From: Holosporales bacterium
GTDB lineage: Bacteria > Pseudomonadota > Alphaproteobacteria > Holosporales > CAZGKG01
Length of the DNA: 64,000 nt
Reading direction: 5' to 3'
NCBI GenBank assembly: GCA_044361745.1
Contig: JBIKIF010000001.1
Coordinates: forward strand, 16,104 to 80,103
The position numbers and the translations under genes are program-made. This document shows, piece after piece, positions 48,058-56,932 of this stretch; within the stretch, counting starts at the first letter, position 1; each line of letters opens with the position of its first letter. The notes below the pieces were generated by a model. It searched no databases. It worked only from the letters and a program-made list of their open reading frames with translations, and was not told the DNA's origin.

Positions 48058-48615
48058 ATGCTTGCGTCTCTCCCGAATGTTCTGACTCTTGCCCGCATTG
48101 CCGTCATTCCTCTCTTGGTTGGCCTGTTTTATGTCGAAAGTTTATGGGCCTTTTGGGTGCGCATTGGATTTTTTATTGCAGCTTGCTTGACGGATTATCT
48201 CGATGGTTACATTGCAAGAGCCTACCAAACGATCTCAGACCTTGGTCAGATTCTTGATCCTTTGGCGGATAAGCTTTTGGTTGTCCTGACCCTTTTTATG
48301 CTCACAGGATTCGGTCCCATTCGCGGTATTTTTCTCATCCCCGCCCTTTTGATCGTTGCAAGGGAGCTGTGTATTCCAGGCCTCAGGCAAATGATGAGTG
48401 TTCGGAATGTTCCTGTGTTTTCTGTCTCCCCCCTCGCCAAAATCAAAACAGGCGTGCAGATGATCACATTGACCCTCCTGATGTGTGACCGTTCGGGCCT
48501 TCCAGATATTTTGATCACTCTGGGCCTTTGGGGGCTTTGGTTTTCTGCTTTCCTGACCTGTCTCAGTGGATATTTTTACTGGAAAAAAACGCCCGCTGGG
48601 TTTTTTAAAGCATGA
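48058..48615 (+). CDS. pgsA: CDP-diacylglycerol--glycerol-3-phosphate 3-phosphatidyltransferase
   Basis: LPNVLTLARIAVIPL...DYLDGYIARAYQTISDLGQILDPLADKLLV is the CDP-alcohol phosphatidyltransferase motif. It follows uvrC, as is common in Alphaproteobacteria. Start at M13 of the track ORF. Confidence 0.85.
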   Translation: MLASLPNVLTLARIAVIPLLVGLFYVESLWAFWVRIGFFIAACLTDYLDGYIARAYQTISDLGQILDPLADKLLVVLTLFMLTGFGPIRGIFLIPALLIVARELCIPGLRQMMSVRNVPVFSVSPLAKIKTGVQMITLTLLMCDRSGLPDILITLGLWGLWFSAFLTCLSGYFYWKKTPAGFFKA

Positions 48616-49490
48616 GGATGCGCAGACTTTTTTACCGTCTTGAATTTTGGGGTGCTCTGGGATTGCGCAGTTTTTTGAGAGCCTTGCCCCTGGACAAGGC
48701 CTCTTTTCTGTCTGGGCGTCTTCTCAAGTGGGTTGGCCCGACGTTCCTTCGTGGGGCGGACCGAATGGCCCGTCAAAACCTCAAGGCTGCTTTTCCAGAT
48801 TGGAGTGAGCAGACTGTGACACAAACCCTGGCTCAGATGTGGGATCACTGGGGTCGCGTCATTGCGGAATTTTCTCATGGGCACACGTTCTCTAGGCCTG
48901 AGTTTTCAGAGCGGATTGAGGTGCATGGCGCAGATGTCCTGACACAGCTTTCCGAAGGGGGCCGCCCCATTCTCTTGATGAGTGCCCACTTAGGCCATTG
49001 GCAAATTCTCAGCCTCGTTGTGAAGAATCTGGGCATTCCAATCGCACAGTTTTATCGCCCCACAACGAATCCTTTCACGAACAGCATTCTCTCGGAGGCT
49101 CTGGCTCCTTTTGTCAACGAAGGGATCCCTAAGACGCGCCAAAGCTTCAAAGATCTTCTGCTGTGTCTGCGGGAAGGCAAAAGCCTTCTGATTCTTGCAG
49201 ATCAGGCTACCCGAACAGACCTTCAAAAGAGCCCTAAAATTCCTTTCTTTGGGCGACCGGTTTCGATGCCGAATGGGCCGGTTCAGCTGGCCCTCCGCAC
49301 AGGAGCCGCCCTTGTCATGGGCAGGGTGGAGCGTCTGAACGGAGGCGCCTATTTTAGGGTTTCTTTTGACCCCCCCCTGGATCCTTCTTTAGGGGAAGAC
49401 GCTCTGCTGCGTGCATTCAATGAGCGCCTTGAGTGTTGGATCCGTGACACGCCAGAGCAATGGTTTTGGTTTCACAACCGGTGGAAATAA
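48612..49490 (+). CDS. Lipid A biosynthesis (LpxL/HtrB-type) lysophospholipid acyltransferase family protein
   Basis: 292 aa. LLMSAHLGHWQIL is an HX4-type acyltransferase motif and ADQATR...FFGRPVSMPNGPVQLALRTGAAL is present. It overlaps the pgsA stop by 4 nt. Confidence 0.65.
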   Translation: MRMRRLFYRLEFWGALGLRSFLRALPLDKASFLSGRLLKWVGPTFLRGADRMARQNLKAAFPDWSEQTVTQTLAQMWDHWGRVIAEFSHGHTFSRPEFSERIEVHGADVLTQLSEGGRPILLMSAHLGHWQILSLVVKNLGIPIAQFYRPTTNPFTNSILSEALAPFVNEGIPKTRQSFKDLLLCLREGKSLLILADQATRTDLQKSPKIPFFGRPVSMPNGPVQLALRTGAALVMGRVERLNGGAYFRVSFDPPLDPSLGEDALLRAFNERLECWIRDTPEQWFWFHNRWK

Positions 49491-49499
49491 TTTTCTGTC

Positions 49500-49826
49500 T
49501 CAGGCGCCCACAGAAGCTCCTGTGCTCACAGAAAACCCGTGGTCTTTCCAGGCCCCAATTCCCCTCTCCAAAGAATAGACAACCAAAGTGCTGTCTTGAA
49601 CGTGGATCTTTCGACACGCTTCTTGACTCCGTCTTCCTAAGGCACAATAAAAAACAATCGGAAGGTCGGTCTTTGGAAGATCTTTGAGAGAGAGATTTCC
49701 CAAGGGAATCAGGTGCGCCCCTTCGATGAATTCTCTGGCATATTCCTCTGGTTCCCGCACATCAATGAGCAGCACTTCCTGGCGGTCTAATTTTTCTTTC
49801 AGGTCAATCGCGGTGATTCCGTACAT
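49500..49826 (-). CDS. Rhodanese-domain protein
   Basis: LIDVREPEEYAREFIEGAHLIPLG...IVFYCALGRRSQEA contains the active-site CxxxxR loop. Start at MYGITAIDL (M19 of the track ORF). Confidence 0.75.
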   Translation of the reverse strand: MYGITAIDLKEKLDRQEVLLIDVREPEEYAREFIEGAHLIPLGNLSLKDLPKTDLPIVFYCALGRRSQEACRKIHVQDSTLVVYSLERGIGAWKDHGFSVSTGASVGA

Positions 49827-50037
49827 CTTTTTGTCTTTCTTCGTAAGTGATTGCTTGGCCTGTAGGATAGAGGAAAACACCTCACACGGGAAAGCATCTT
49901 CGGGTGAGCATCCTCAGTCTTTTGTGCGAAAGCCCCAAAAAAGCCAAATAGTCAAAAATATACAGACAAGAATTTGCCTTTGCCTCTCGGGACCCTTTAA
50001 ATTAAAAGGGTGATGATTTTTTGAAGGATACAGAGCC

Positions 50038-50712
50038 GTGGTTCGTTGGTTTTTTTGTGGAGTAATTCTTTTGGGGTGTCTCTGTGCTCCTTTTGAAAAT
50101 CAAGGGTTCGGGAATAATCTAGATATTTGTTTAGTAGAGGATGAAAACTGTTCATCGGGGGTGAATGACGATTCTCAGATTGTTGATCTGCTCGATGAAA
50201 ATGATTCACCTGTTCCAGGGCGGGAGTATACAACTGAAGAATTCAAAAACTCTTCAGGACCTAAGAAAGCTGGCACCACCGAAGTGGTTCCTTCCAAGGG
50301 AAAAAGCCTTTTGGAGGGTGTGTTGCCACAGTTGACGAAAAAACCAGCAGATTTGTTTGAAGAATTGCTTCAGAGGATCAACGAAAATCCTGAGGATGCC
50401 TTTAATATCACTGCTTATTTTGTCATGGACTATAGAATGGTAGAGATCATCCTGAGAACTGCCGTTCTGTTTGTGATCGAATCCCAGGTGCTTATTGGCT
50501 TGAATGCCTTGGCTGCTGTCTCAGGGATGGAATTTTTAGCGCCCTACACGCCTAATGTCTCTATAATGGTCACACAAATGATCTCTTTTGGGATTGTGCG
50601 CCCCTTGTTTGAATGGATGGGGGATCACGCGAGAGCCTATGCAAAAAATTGGATTAAGCCTCCAAAAGATTATGAGAAAGATCAGCCGAAACTCCTATCT
50701 GCCTCTGTGTGA
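50038..50712 (+). CDS. Hypothetical secreted/membrane protein
   Basis: 224 aa with an N-terminal hydrophobic signal-like segment (WFFCGVILLGCLCAPF), an acidic Asp/Glu-rich stretch and C-terminal hydrophobic helices. The region looks visibly more AT-rich than its neighbours. No family was recognised. Confidence 0.45.
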   Translation: MVRWFFCGVILLGCLCAPFENQGFGNNLDICLVEDENCSSGVNDDSQIVDLLDENDSPVPGREYTTEEFKNSSGPKKAGTTEVVPSKGKSLLEGVLPQLTKKPADLFEELLQRINENPEDAFNITAYFVMDYRMVEIILRTAVLFVIESQVLIGLNALAAVSGMEFLAPYTPNVSIMVTQMISFGIVRPLFEWMGDHARAYAKNWIKPPKDYEKDQPKLLSASV

Positions 50713-50768
50713 CCCCAACCGGACTTAGAATGAGAGCTTAGATTAAAAATCTAATGGAGACCAAGACT

Positions 50769-51425
50769 TTATCTAATGATCCAAGCATTCCCAGGAAAAA
50801 GACTTCTAAAAACACCTAACATGTTCCTGCAAAGTTCTTTGAGTTCGTTTGAGTTACTTGGTTTGGTGACTTTTCTTGCAAAATCTGGAAAATACTCAGT
50901 CGCGTAAGATATCATGTGTTCGATGGACTCCATAACATAATCATCAGTCCCGCCGCAAAAATGCCGGGCTTCTTTCAAGCTAAGCCCGTGAAACTCTGCA
51001 AAAAATCCATAAATTGGAGTGAGTAGGTTTGAATTCGCTGTATGAGGTGCTGTGGTTTCTGTGCTGGGATCAGATGTTTGGTTTGTGATCACCCCTTGCA
51101 AACATTCTGGATGTAACAAACCTTGGTAATACGCAATTGCCAACACACCTCCCGTTACGACTGCCCCTGTGAGGAATGCTGTTGTGGATGCTAAGAATGG
51201 GTGTTTGAAAACACATTTTGCCAGTGTGGGAGATTTTTTTTGTTTGTTAGGCGGCGTCGAGAAATGATTCGCTATTGAGATTTTTACCGTAGCCTTACTC
51301 GGTAATAACAAACTCTCGTCCCTGTACTGCGAGTCGCCACCCGCAGCCAAAACCGGAATGCTGCTGGAGAGCGTTCCGACCAGCATGAAAACGGACGCAG
51401 TTCTGAATAAAAAATCTTTTGTCAT
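50769..51425 (-). CDS. Hypothetical secreted/membrane protein
   Basis: 218 aa with a signal-like N-terminus (VFMLVGTLSSSIPVLAAGG) and a central TM helix (FLASTTAFLTGAVVTGGVLAIAYY). A very AT-rich upstream region lies at 51426-51560. No family was recognised. Confidence 0.45.
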   Translation of the reverse strand: MTKDFLFRTASVFMLVGTLSSSIPVLAAGGDSQYRDESLLLPSKATVKISIANHFSTPPNKQKKSPTLAKCVFKHPFLASTTAFLTGAVVTGGVLAIAYYQGLLHPECLQGVITNQTSDPSTETTAPHTANSNLLTPIYGFFAEFHGLSLKEARHFCGGTDDYVMESIEHMISYATEYFPDFARKVTKPSNSNELKELCRNMLGVFRSLFPGNAWIIR

Positions 51426-51757
51426 ATGGAATTCTCACTTGATTTTTAATGAACAGATTTAAAAAAATTTTATAATTAATTATTTATTAATTAATATAAA
51501 ATTTTATTTTTATATATAAATAGTTTTGTTTATAAAACAAGTGCTTCTCTGGAAAAGGATCTATCTCAATACAGGGAATTGAAAAGAACATCCTCATGAT
51601 TTCTAGAGGTTTCCTTAAGGGAAATGCCAAAAGGCACAAGTGAATCTATGGCGCGCTTTTGCGCGTGCCAGATGGCCCCTACACACGAAGAAATTTTGTC
51701 TACGTTTCGTGTTATGTTATCATAGGGGGGCGCACTCACTTAAAGGAGATCGGAGGC

Positions 51758-52282
51758 ATGTTATTGATTGATTTGGTTTTATTGGCCCTCAGTGTATTCA
51801 TTGGTTTGCGCCTGTGGTCCCTCCTGGGTCAGAAACCCAAAGGCCCCGCCGGTCGGAACACCAAACCCAATCTTTTTATTGTTCCCCAGGATCAGGTTGA
51901 GATCACACCGCAAGCCACAAAAAGAGACGGCTTCTACCCGGGATTCGATGAATCTCTCTTCCTCAAGGGGGTTGAAAAGGCGTTTTATCAGATCGTGAAG
52001 GCCTATCATGCGCAAGACCAGACCTTCCTTGAAAAGCGTGTGGCCCCCAGCTTTCTCCCCGCGTTTCTCAAAAATAAACCTGCGTCCCTTGAAAAATTGA
52101 CCCTTTTGAGTTCGACCGTTCTTTCCAAAACCATTGTGAACGCCGTGGCTTATATTGATGTTCAACTGTCTTCAGAACAAACCTGCGGCGGACAAACGGA
52201 GACCATTGAAGAAGTCTGGACATTTGAACGCGCTGTTGACAGCGACAGTCCCCAGTGGTGGCTCTCCTCCGTGACCTCATAA
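51758..52282 (+). CDS. Tim44-like domain protein
   Basis: AAAGGAG precedes the ATG at 51758. It has an N-terminal TM anchor (MLLIDLVLLALSVFIGLRLW). A C-terminal domain (FLKGVEKAFYQIVKAYHAQD...WTFERAVDSDSPQWWLSSV) follows the bacterial Tim44-like pattern. Confidence 0.65.
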   Translation: MLLIDLVLLALSVFIGLRLWSLLGQKPKGPAGRNTKPNLFIVPQDQVEITPQATKRDGFYPGFDESLFLKGVEKAFYQIVKAYHAQDQTFLEKRVAPSFLPAFLKNKPASLEKLTLLSSTVLSKTIVNAVAYIDVQLSSEQTCGGQTETIEEVWTFERAVDSDSPQWWLSSVTS

Positions 52283-52361
52283 GCCTCCCAATTTCGACAG
52301 CCCAAACGTTGACAGATCCCGAGAGGCGTGGGATGGGTGATGTATTCCTTAAAGGTTATGA

Positions 52362-52961
52362 ATGATGACGTGCCCTCTTGTTCTTGGATCCGCTTCCCCG
52401 TCTCGTCTTGAATTGCTGAGGTCTCTCGGGATTCAAGAGATCAGAGTCCACCCTGCGGATATTGATGAAACCCCCCAGCTTCGGGAGGTTCCCAGAGCCT
52501 ACGTGTTACGCCTTGCGCAAGAAAAAGCCCAGCATGTTTTTGAAACATTGCCAGAAAAAATGTTCGTTTTAGGGGCTGACACCATTGTGGCTCTTGGCCG
52601 CCGTATTTTTCAAAAAGCTCAAGATCAAGAGGAAGCCCGGAGAAACATCACCCTTCTGTCCGGCAGAAGGCACCGTGTGTACACAGGGGTCTGTCTGATC
52701 ACCCCCTCCGGAGCCATCCGGTCTCGGGTCGCCTGCACCCACGTTTCTTTAAAATCCTTAAGCCCACAGGAAACTGATTTCTTTGTGGAGTCCGGGATTT
52801 GGAAAGGGGTGGCTGGATACCGTCTCGAAAGTTTTTTTGATGGTTTCGTGCGCCAAATCAACGGCACCCACTCGAATATTCGTGGCCTTCCAGCTTATGA
52901 AACCACCCAGCTTCTTGGGGGTAACGGCTTTCCCCTCTGGTCTCAAGAGGGCTCTCAATGA
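52362..52961 (+). CDS. maf: Maf-like nucleoside triphosphate pyrophosphatase
   Basis: LVLGSASPSRLELL...GADTIV...GKP-like context and ...GVAGYRLE are present. 199 aa. Confidence 0.85.
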   Translation: MMTCPLVLGSASPSRLELLRSLGIQEIRVHPADIDETPQLREVPRAYVLRLAQEKAQHVFETLPEKMFVLGADTIVALGRRIFQKAQDQEEARRNITLLSGRRHRVYTGVCLITPSGAIRSRVACTHVSLKSLSPQETDFFVESGIWKGVAGYRLESFFDGFVRQINGTHSNIRGLPAYETTQLLGGNGFPLWSQEGSQ

Positions 52962-53164
52962 ACAAATCATCCCCCGCGCGCAAAGGCTGCCCTCTCTGTG
53001 GAAAGCCCAGCCAGGCAGACAGCCCCTTTTGCTCAAAAGCCTGTGCCTACATTGATTTGGGCGTTTGGCTGTCAGGTGACTACCGAATCCCAGGGGATCC
53101 TTTAGAGTCTGAAGAAGATCTGGCGATTGACCCTCTCAGTGAAACTTCTTCAGAAGACTTCTGA
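52958..53164 (+). CDS. yacG: DNA gyrase inhibitor YacG (zinc-ribbon protein)
   Basis: CPLCGKPSQADSPFCSKACAYIDLGVWLSGDYRIPG is present, and the gene overlaps the maf stop by 4 nt. Confidence 0.8.
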   Translation: MNKSSPARKGCPLCGKPSQADSPFCSKACAYIDLGVWLSGDYRIPGDPLESEEDLAIDPLSETSSEDF

Positions 53165-53174
53165 GATTCTGGTA

Positions 53175-53690
53175 TTAGGATTCCCTCAGGCCCTTAAGAA
53201 TCTTCTGCCGAATCTTAATGCGACGGTTTTCAAGGGTCTCACGTGTTTGCTCAACGTTGTTGGCTGGCTCATCTTTTTGAGGGCGCACATGTTGATAGCG
53301 GGATTTGAAATTTCCCCCTGATAAGTTTTTTAATGTTTCATCTTGATCCTGGATTGCTTCTCTGAGCTCCTCTTTTTTCTCTCCAAAGCGCTTCTTTCGT
53401 TCTCCCAGCATCATCGCGACTGTCCTTTCTGTGTTTCTTGCCGTGTTCAGGGCTTTTTTTTTCGCAGGGTCTTGAGTTTTTTTCATCATTTCTTGGGAAA
53501 TTTCTGCGTCAAGATCCGCAATCCTTTTCTTCCGCTCAATCTTCTTAATTTTTTTCTCCAGCGTGTTTGATTCCTCCTGGAGGTGCTTCTTTCTCTCTCT
53601 GGCAATCTGATAAGCTTGATCAGCCATCACCCAAGAGGCTCCCCCTGCCCAGATCCACAGTCCACACAAAACAAAACAAATTTTTCTCAT
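53175..53690 (-). CDS. Hypothetical exported Lys/Glu-rich coiled-coil protein
   Basis: The signal peptide MRKICFVLCGLWIWAGGASWVMA is followed by about 150 aa of highly charged heptad-like sequence. No family was recognised. Start at M8 of the track ORF. Confidence 0.45.
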   Translation of the reverse strand: MRKICFVLCGLWIWAGGASWVMADQAYQIARERKKHLQEESNTLEKKIKKIERKKRIADLDAEISQEMMKKTQDPAKKKALNTARNTERTVAMMLGERKKRFGEKKEELREAIQDQDETLKNLSGGNFKSRYQHVRPQKDEPANNVEQTRETLENRRIKIRQKILKGLRES

Positions 53691-54113
53691 AGCCTTCTCC
53701 TGCAAAAACACCCTATCAAAAGTCTATTTTAGATATTTTTTAATAAGAGTGGATTAATCAATAGACGGATATGGCAAAAACCAGTTGGCTTGAAACAGCA
53801 GAGGGGACATGCCTCCGGAGCTCCAGAGTGCCACCAAGCATCCCCTGGGCTCTCAGCTTCGCTCATGAAGATCATGGGATCTCGAAAAAACTTTTTGGGG
53901 GATGGTCTGGAATTGAACTCCAGGAATGAGCCTCAGGAGTGCCAGACCCATCATCAAAATGGGAAGCGGACACCGAGAGCATGGTGATATTTTGGGGGGA
54001 CGTTTCCCAAAATCTGTATCACAGACGTTCCCCTCTTCCTTTTCCTCGAGAACGCGCTAACATGGGTGCGTTAACAGAATGTTAACAGAGTGTGAATGAG
54101 ACCAGGAGATCCT

Positions 54114-54590
54114 ATGGACAAGGCGAGTCAGCCCTTAACCGTTGAAGCAGAGGCTATATCGGCTCTTGCGCGTATTCTGAATGAGTCTGGGTTGACAGAG
54201 ATTGAGTACCGCCAAGGGGAGACCTTGATTCGTGTGGTCAAAACGCCGGCACCGATTGTCTCCTCTGTCACCGCTGTCTCCCCAACCCCCGCGCCCTTGT
54301 TGGAAACTCAAGCCGCACCCGTCGCTGCAGCCAGCCCACCGTCTGACAATCGAGGAACGCCTGTAAAATCTCCTCTCGTGGGCACAGTTTATTTGGCGCC
54401 TGATCCAAGCGCCCCGCCATTCGTTCAAGTAGGTGACCGAGTCCAGGTGGGGCAAACCCTGATGATTATTGAAGCGATGAAAGTGATGAACCCTATCAAA
54501 GCAACTGTTGCTGGGGAAATTACGGACATTCGAGTCACCAACGGGGGGCCTGTTGAATTTGGGGAAGCTCTTTTGTACATGATATCTTAG
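54114..54590 (+). CDS. accB: Acetyl-CoA carboxylase biotin carboxyl carrier protein
   Basis: It has a Pro/Ala-rich linker and the biotinyl domain ...GQTLMIIEAMKVMNPI... (EAMK motif). AGGAG precedes the ATG at 54114. Confidence 0.9.
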   Translation: MDKASQPLTVEAEAISALARILNESGLTEIEYRQGETLIRVVKTPAPIVSSVTAVSPTPAPLLETQAAPVAAASPPSDNRGTPVKSPLVGTVYLAPDPSAPPFVQVGDRVQVGQTLMIIEAMKVMNPIKATVAGEITDIRVTNGGPVEFGEALLYMIS

Positions 54591-54600
54591 GAGCATTGGG

Positions 54601-55965
54601 GTGATCAAAAAAATACTCATTGCCAATCGTGGGGATATCGCCCTGCGGACCTTGCGGGCGGCGAAAGAAATGGGCATCCAAACGGTGGCCGCCCACTCAA
54701 CTGCTGACTCTGAATCGATGGCGGTACGCCTTGCAGATGAAAGCGTGTGCATTGGCCCGGGGCCCTCGAAGGACAGCTATCTCAACATCCCTTCCATCAT
54801 CGCCGCCGCTGAAATCACAGGGGCGGATGCTATCCATCCTGGCGTTGGGTTTCTCTCAGAAAATGCCGCATTTGCCCGCATGGTAGAAGAACACGATATC
54901 ATCTTCATTGGTCCATCCGCCGAACACATCGCCCTGATGGGAGACAAGATCCAGGCCAAGAAAACGGCTGCTGAGATTGGCCTCCCTCTCACCCCCGGAT
55001 CGGACGGGGAGCTGACGTCCTTTGACGATGCCAAAGCGGTGGCAGATGCCATCGGTTACCCTATTTTGATCAAAGCCTCAAGCGGCGGGGGCGGAAAAGG
55101 GATGCAGGTCGCACGATCCCCCAGTGAACTGGAGGATGCCTATAATCTGGCCCGCTTTGAAGCCCAGAACAATTTTGGCAGCGACGTCATTTATATGGAG
55201 CGCTATCTCCAAGCCCCGCGCCACATTGAGGTCCAAGTCCTGGGGGATCGTCACGGCACTGTAGTCCATTTGGGAGAGAGAGACTGCTCTATCCAAAGGC
55301 GGCACCAGAAGGTGTGGGAAGAGGCACCATCCCCCGCTTTGACCCCGGATATGCGGGCTGAGCTTGGAGAATTGGTCCGCAGTGCGATGGAAAAGTTTGG
55401 TTATTACAGCGCGGGAACCCTTGAGTTTCTCTACGAAAATGGGGCTTTTTATTTCATCGAGATGAACACCCGTCTTCAGGTGGAACACCCTATTACAGAG
55501 ATGCTGACCGGGATTGACCTGATGCAGGAGCAAATCCGCATTGCCGCAGGCCTTCCCCTGTCGTTTACCCAGCAGGATATCACCTGGCAAGGGCATTCGA
55601 TGGAATGTCGGATCAATGCAGAACACTCGGAAACCTTTATGCCCTCCCCTGGAACCATCACCGCCTACCTGGCGCCTGGAGGATTTCGGGTGCGGGTCGA
55701 CAGTCCTCTTTATACGGGCTACACAATCCCCCCCTATTATGACAGCCTGATCTCTAAGCTGATCGTTCACGGGACAGACCGGACGGATTGTCTGAATCGC
55801 CTCCGCCGTGCGCTTCAGGAATATGTGATTGGCGGCGTCGAGACCCTTCTGCCCCTCCACCGACGTCTTCTGGAACAGCCAGCGATGCAATCGGGAGACT
55901 ACACCATTCACTGGCTTGAAACCTTCTTGAAGGAACAAGAGACCCAAAAGACGGCAACCCCATGA
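54601..55965 (+). CDS. accC: Acetyl-CoA carboxylase biotin carboxylase subunit
   Basis: IKKILIANRGDIALR, an ATP-grasp fold (GYPILIKASSGGGGKGM) and EMNTRLQVEHPITE are present. 454 aa. Confidence 0.95.
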   Translation: MIKKILIANRGDIALRTLRAAKEMGIQTVAAHSTADSESMAVRLADESVCIGPGPSKDSYLNIPSIIAAAEITGADAIHPGVGFLSENAAFARMVEEHDIIFIGPSAEHIALMGDKIQAKKTAAEIGLPLTPGSDGELTSFDDAKAVADAIGYPILIKASSGGGGKGMQVARSPSELEDAYNLARFEAQNNFGSDVIYMERYLQAPRHIEVQVLGDRHGTVVHLGERDCSIQRRHQKVWEEAPSPALTPDMRAELGELVRSAMEKFGYYSAGTLEFLYENGAFYFIEMNTRLQVEHPITEMLTGIDLMQEQIRIAAGLPLSFTQQDITWQGHSMECRINAEHSETFMPSPGTITAYLAPGGFRVRVDSPLYTGYTIPPYYDSLISKLIVHGTDRTDCLNRLRRALQEYVIGGVETLLPLHRRLLEQPAMQSGDYTIHWLETFLKEQETQKTATP

Positions 55966-56696
55966 CCCACCCTCTTCAGATCGGACTTCTGGGGATGGGG
56001 GGTCGGATGGGACGGGCTATTTTAGGGCTTGCTCAGACAGATCCCCGGGTTCAGATCTGTGGCGGTAGCTACCAGGGCACCCGTCCTGATGGTGATGTTG
56101 ATGTGTTCTTGACTCAGGATCTAAGTGAGCTCTTCATCAGAAGCGACGTCTTGATTGATTTCTCAAGTGTTTCGGCTCTGGAGGCCCACCTGGCCCTGGC
56201 GGTAGAGACCCAGAAACCCCTCGTCACTGGTGTGACGGGCCTCAGGGACCCTCAGAAGCAGGCTCTCAAGACAGCCTCCGAGGGGACAGCAATTTTAGCA
56301 GCCCCGAACATGAGCCTGGGGGCCTGTCTCCTCTCGGAAGCGGTCCGTCTTGTAGCCTCTCGGCTAGAGGCAGCTTATGAGACCGAGATTTTTGAGCGCC
56401 ACCACCAGCACAAAAAAGATGCGCCGTCCGGGACCGCTTTGGCTCTTGCGGAGGCGATTCAGGAAAGTCGTCCCACCAGCCCTCCCCCGTCAGTTCTTTC
56501 GTCAAGACTGGGGGAGGATTTTGGGGAGCACACGGTGTCTTTTGTGGGTCCCTGTGAGACCCTCACGGTGTCTCATCACGCTTTGGGGCGAGACGCCTTC
56601 GCATCCGGTGCCCTGCAGGGAGCCCTCTGGCTTGTGACGCAACCAAAGGGCCTGTACACGATGGAGGACGTTTTAGGGCTTCGTGCACATTTCTAA
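55962..56696 (+). CDS. dapB: 4-hydroxy-tetrahydrodipicolinate reductase
   Basis: IGLLGMGGRMGRAI is a Rossmann motif and ERHHQHKKDAPSGTALALAEAI is the DapB signature. It overlaps the accC stop by 4 nt. Confidence 0.85.
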   Translation: MTHPLQIGLLGMGGRMGRAILGLAQTDPRVQICGGSYQGTRPDGDVDVFLTQDLSELFIRSDVLIDFSSVSALEAHLALAVETQKPLVTGVTGLRDPQKQALKTASEGTAILAAPNMSLGACLLSEAVRLVASRLEAAYETEIFERHHQHKKDAPSGTALALAEAIQESRPTSPPPSVLSSRLGEDFGEHTVSFVGPCETLTVSHHALGRDAFASGALQGALWLVTQPKGLYTMEDVLGLRAHF

Positions 56697-56932
56697 GACT
56701 CCATTCATTAAACGGCTGTCATGCCGGCCTAGGTCAGCAGCCATCTGATGGTTCATGCGCATCTTGATCCGGTATTCATTTCTAGGCTGGCTACGGTCTG
56801 CGACTACGATCTACCAATAGATCCCGGGTGGAACTTCCTGCCCAAAGCAAAGCCTTGGACTCCCTTAGCCCCGGGATGACAGTGTGATACGGCGCCTATT
56901 GATTGAACGAAGTCATCAAATGTTCACAGAGC

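Noticed and set aside
51476-51490. TTAATTATTTATTAA, which matches the CtrA-box pattern TTAA-N7-TTAA.
   Set aside because: It lies in a stretch that is almost pure A/T, where this pattern is expected by chance, and there is no supporting second site.
53712-54095. The long region upstream of accB was examined for an aroQ remnant, because aroQ often precedes accBC. It was also examined for regulatory repeats: the hairpin ATTTTGGGGGG-ACG-TTTCCCAAAAT near 53990-54015 and the direct repeat TGTTAACAGA x2 near 54070-54092.
   Set aside because: No frame on either strand shows 3-dehydroquinate dehydratase motifs. The small repeats are short and could be fortuitous.
55078-55947. A 289-aa ORF antisense to accC. 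Other long shadow ORFs include 54135..54752 (antisense to accB), 32056..32700 (mdh), 8007..8759 (olsA), 17218..17925 (porin), 40021..40563 (mgtE), 2579..3148 (the GspL-like gene), 37041..37577 (transposase) and 63005..63613 (an alternative frame in lnt).
   Set aside because: Each lies entirely within a gene whose product has strong family motifs. Their translations are Arg/Pro/Gly-rich nonsense with no recognisable motifs, which is typical of shadow ORFs.
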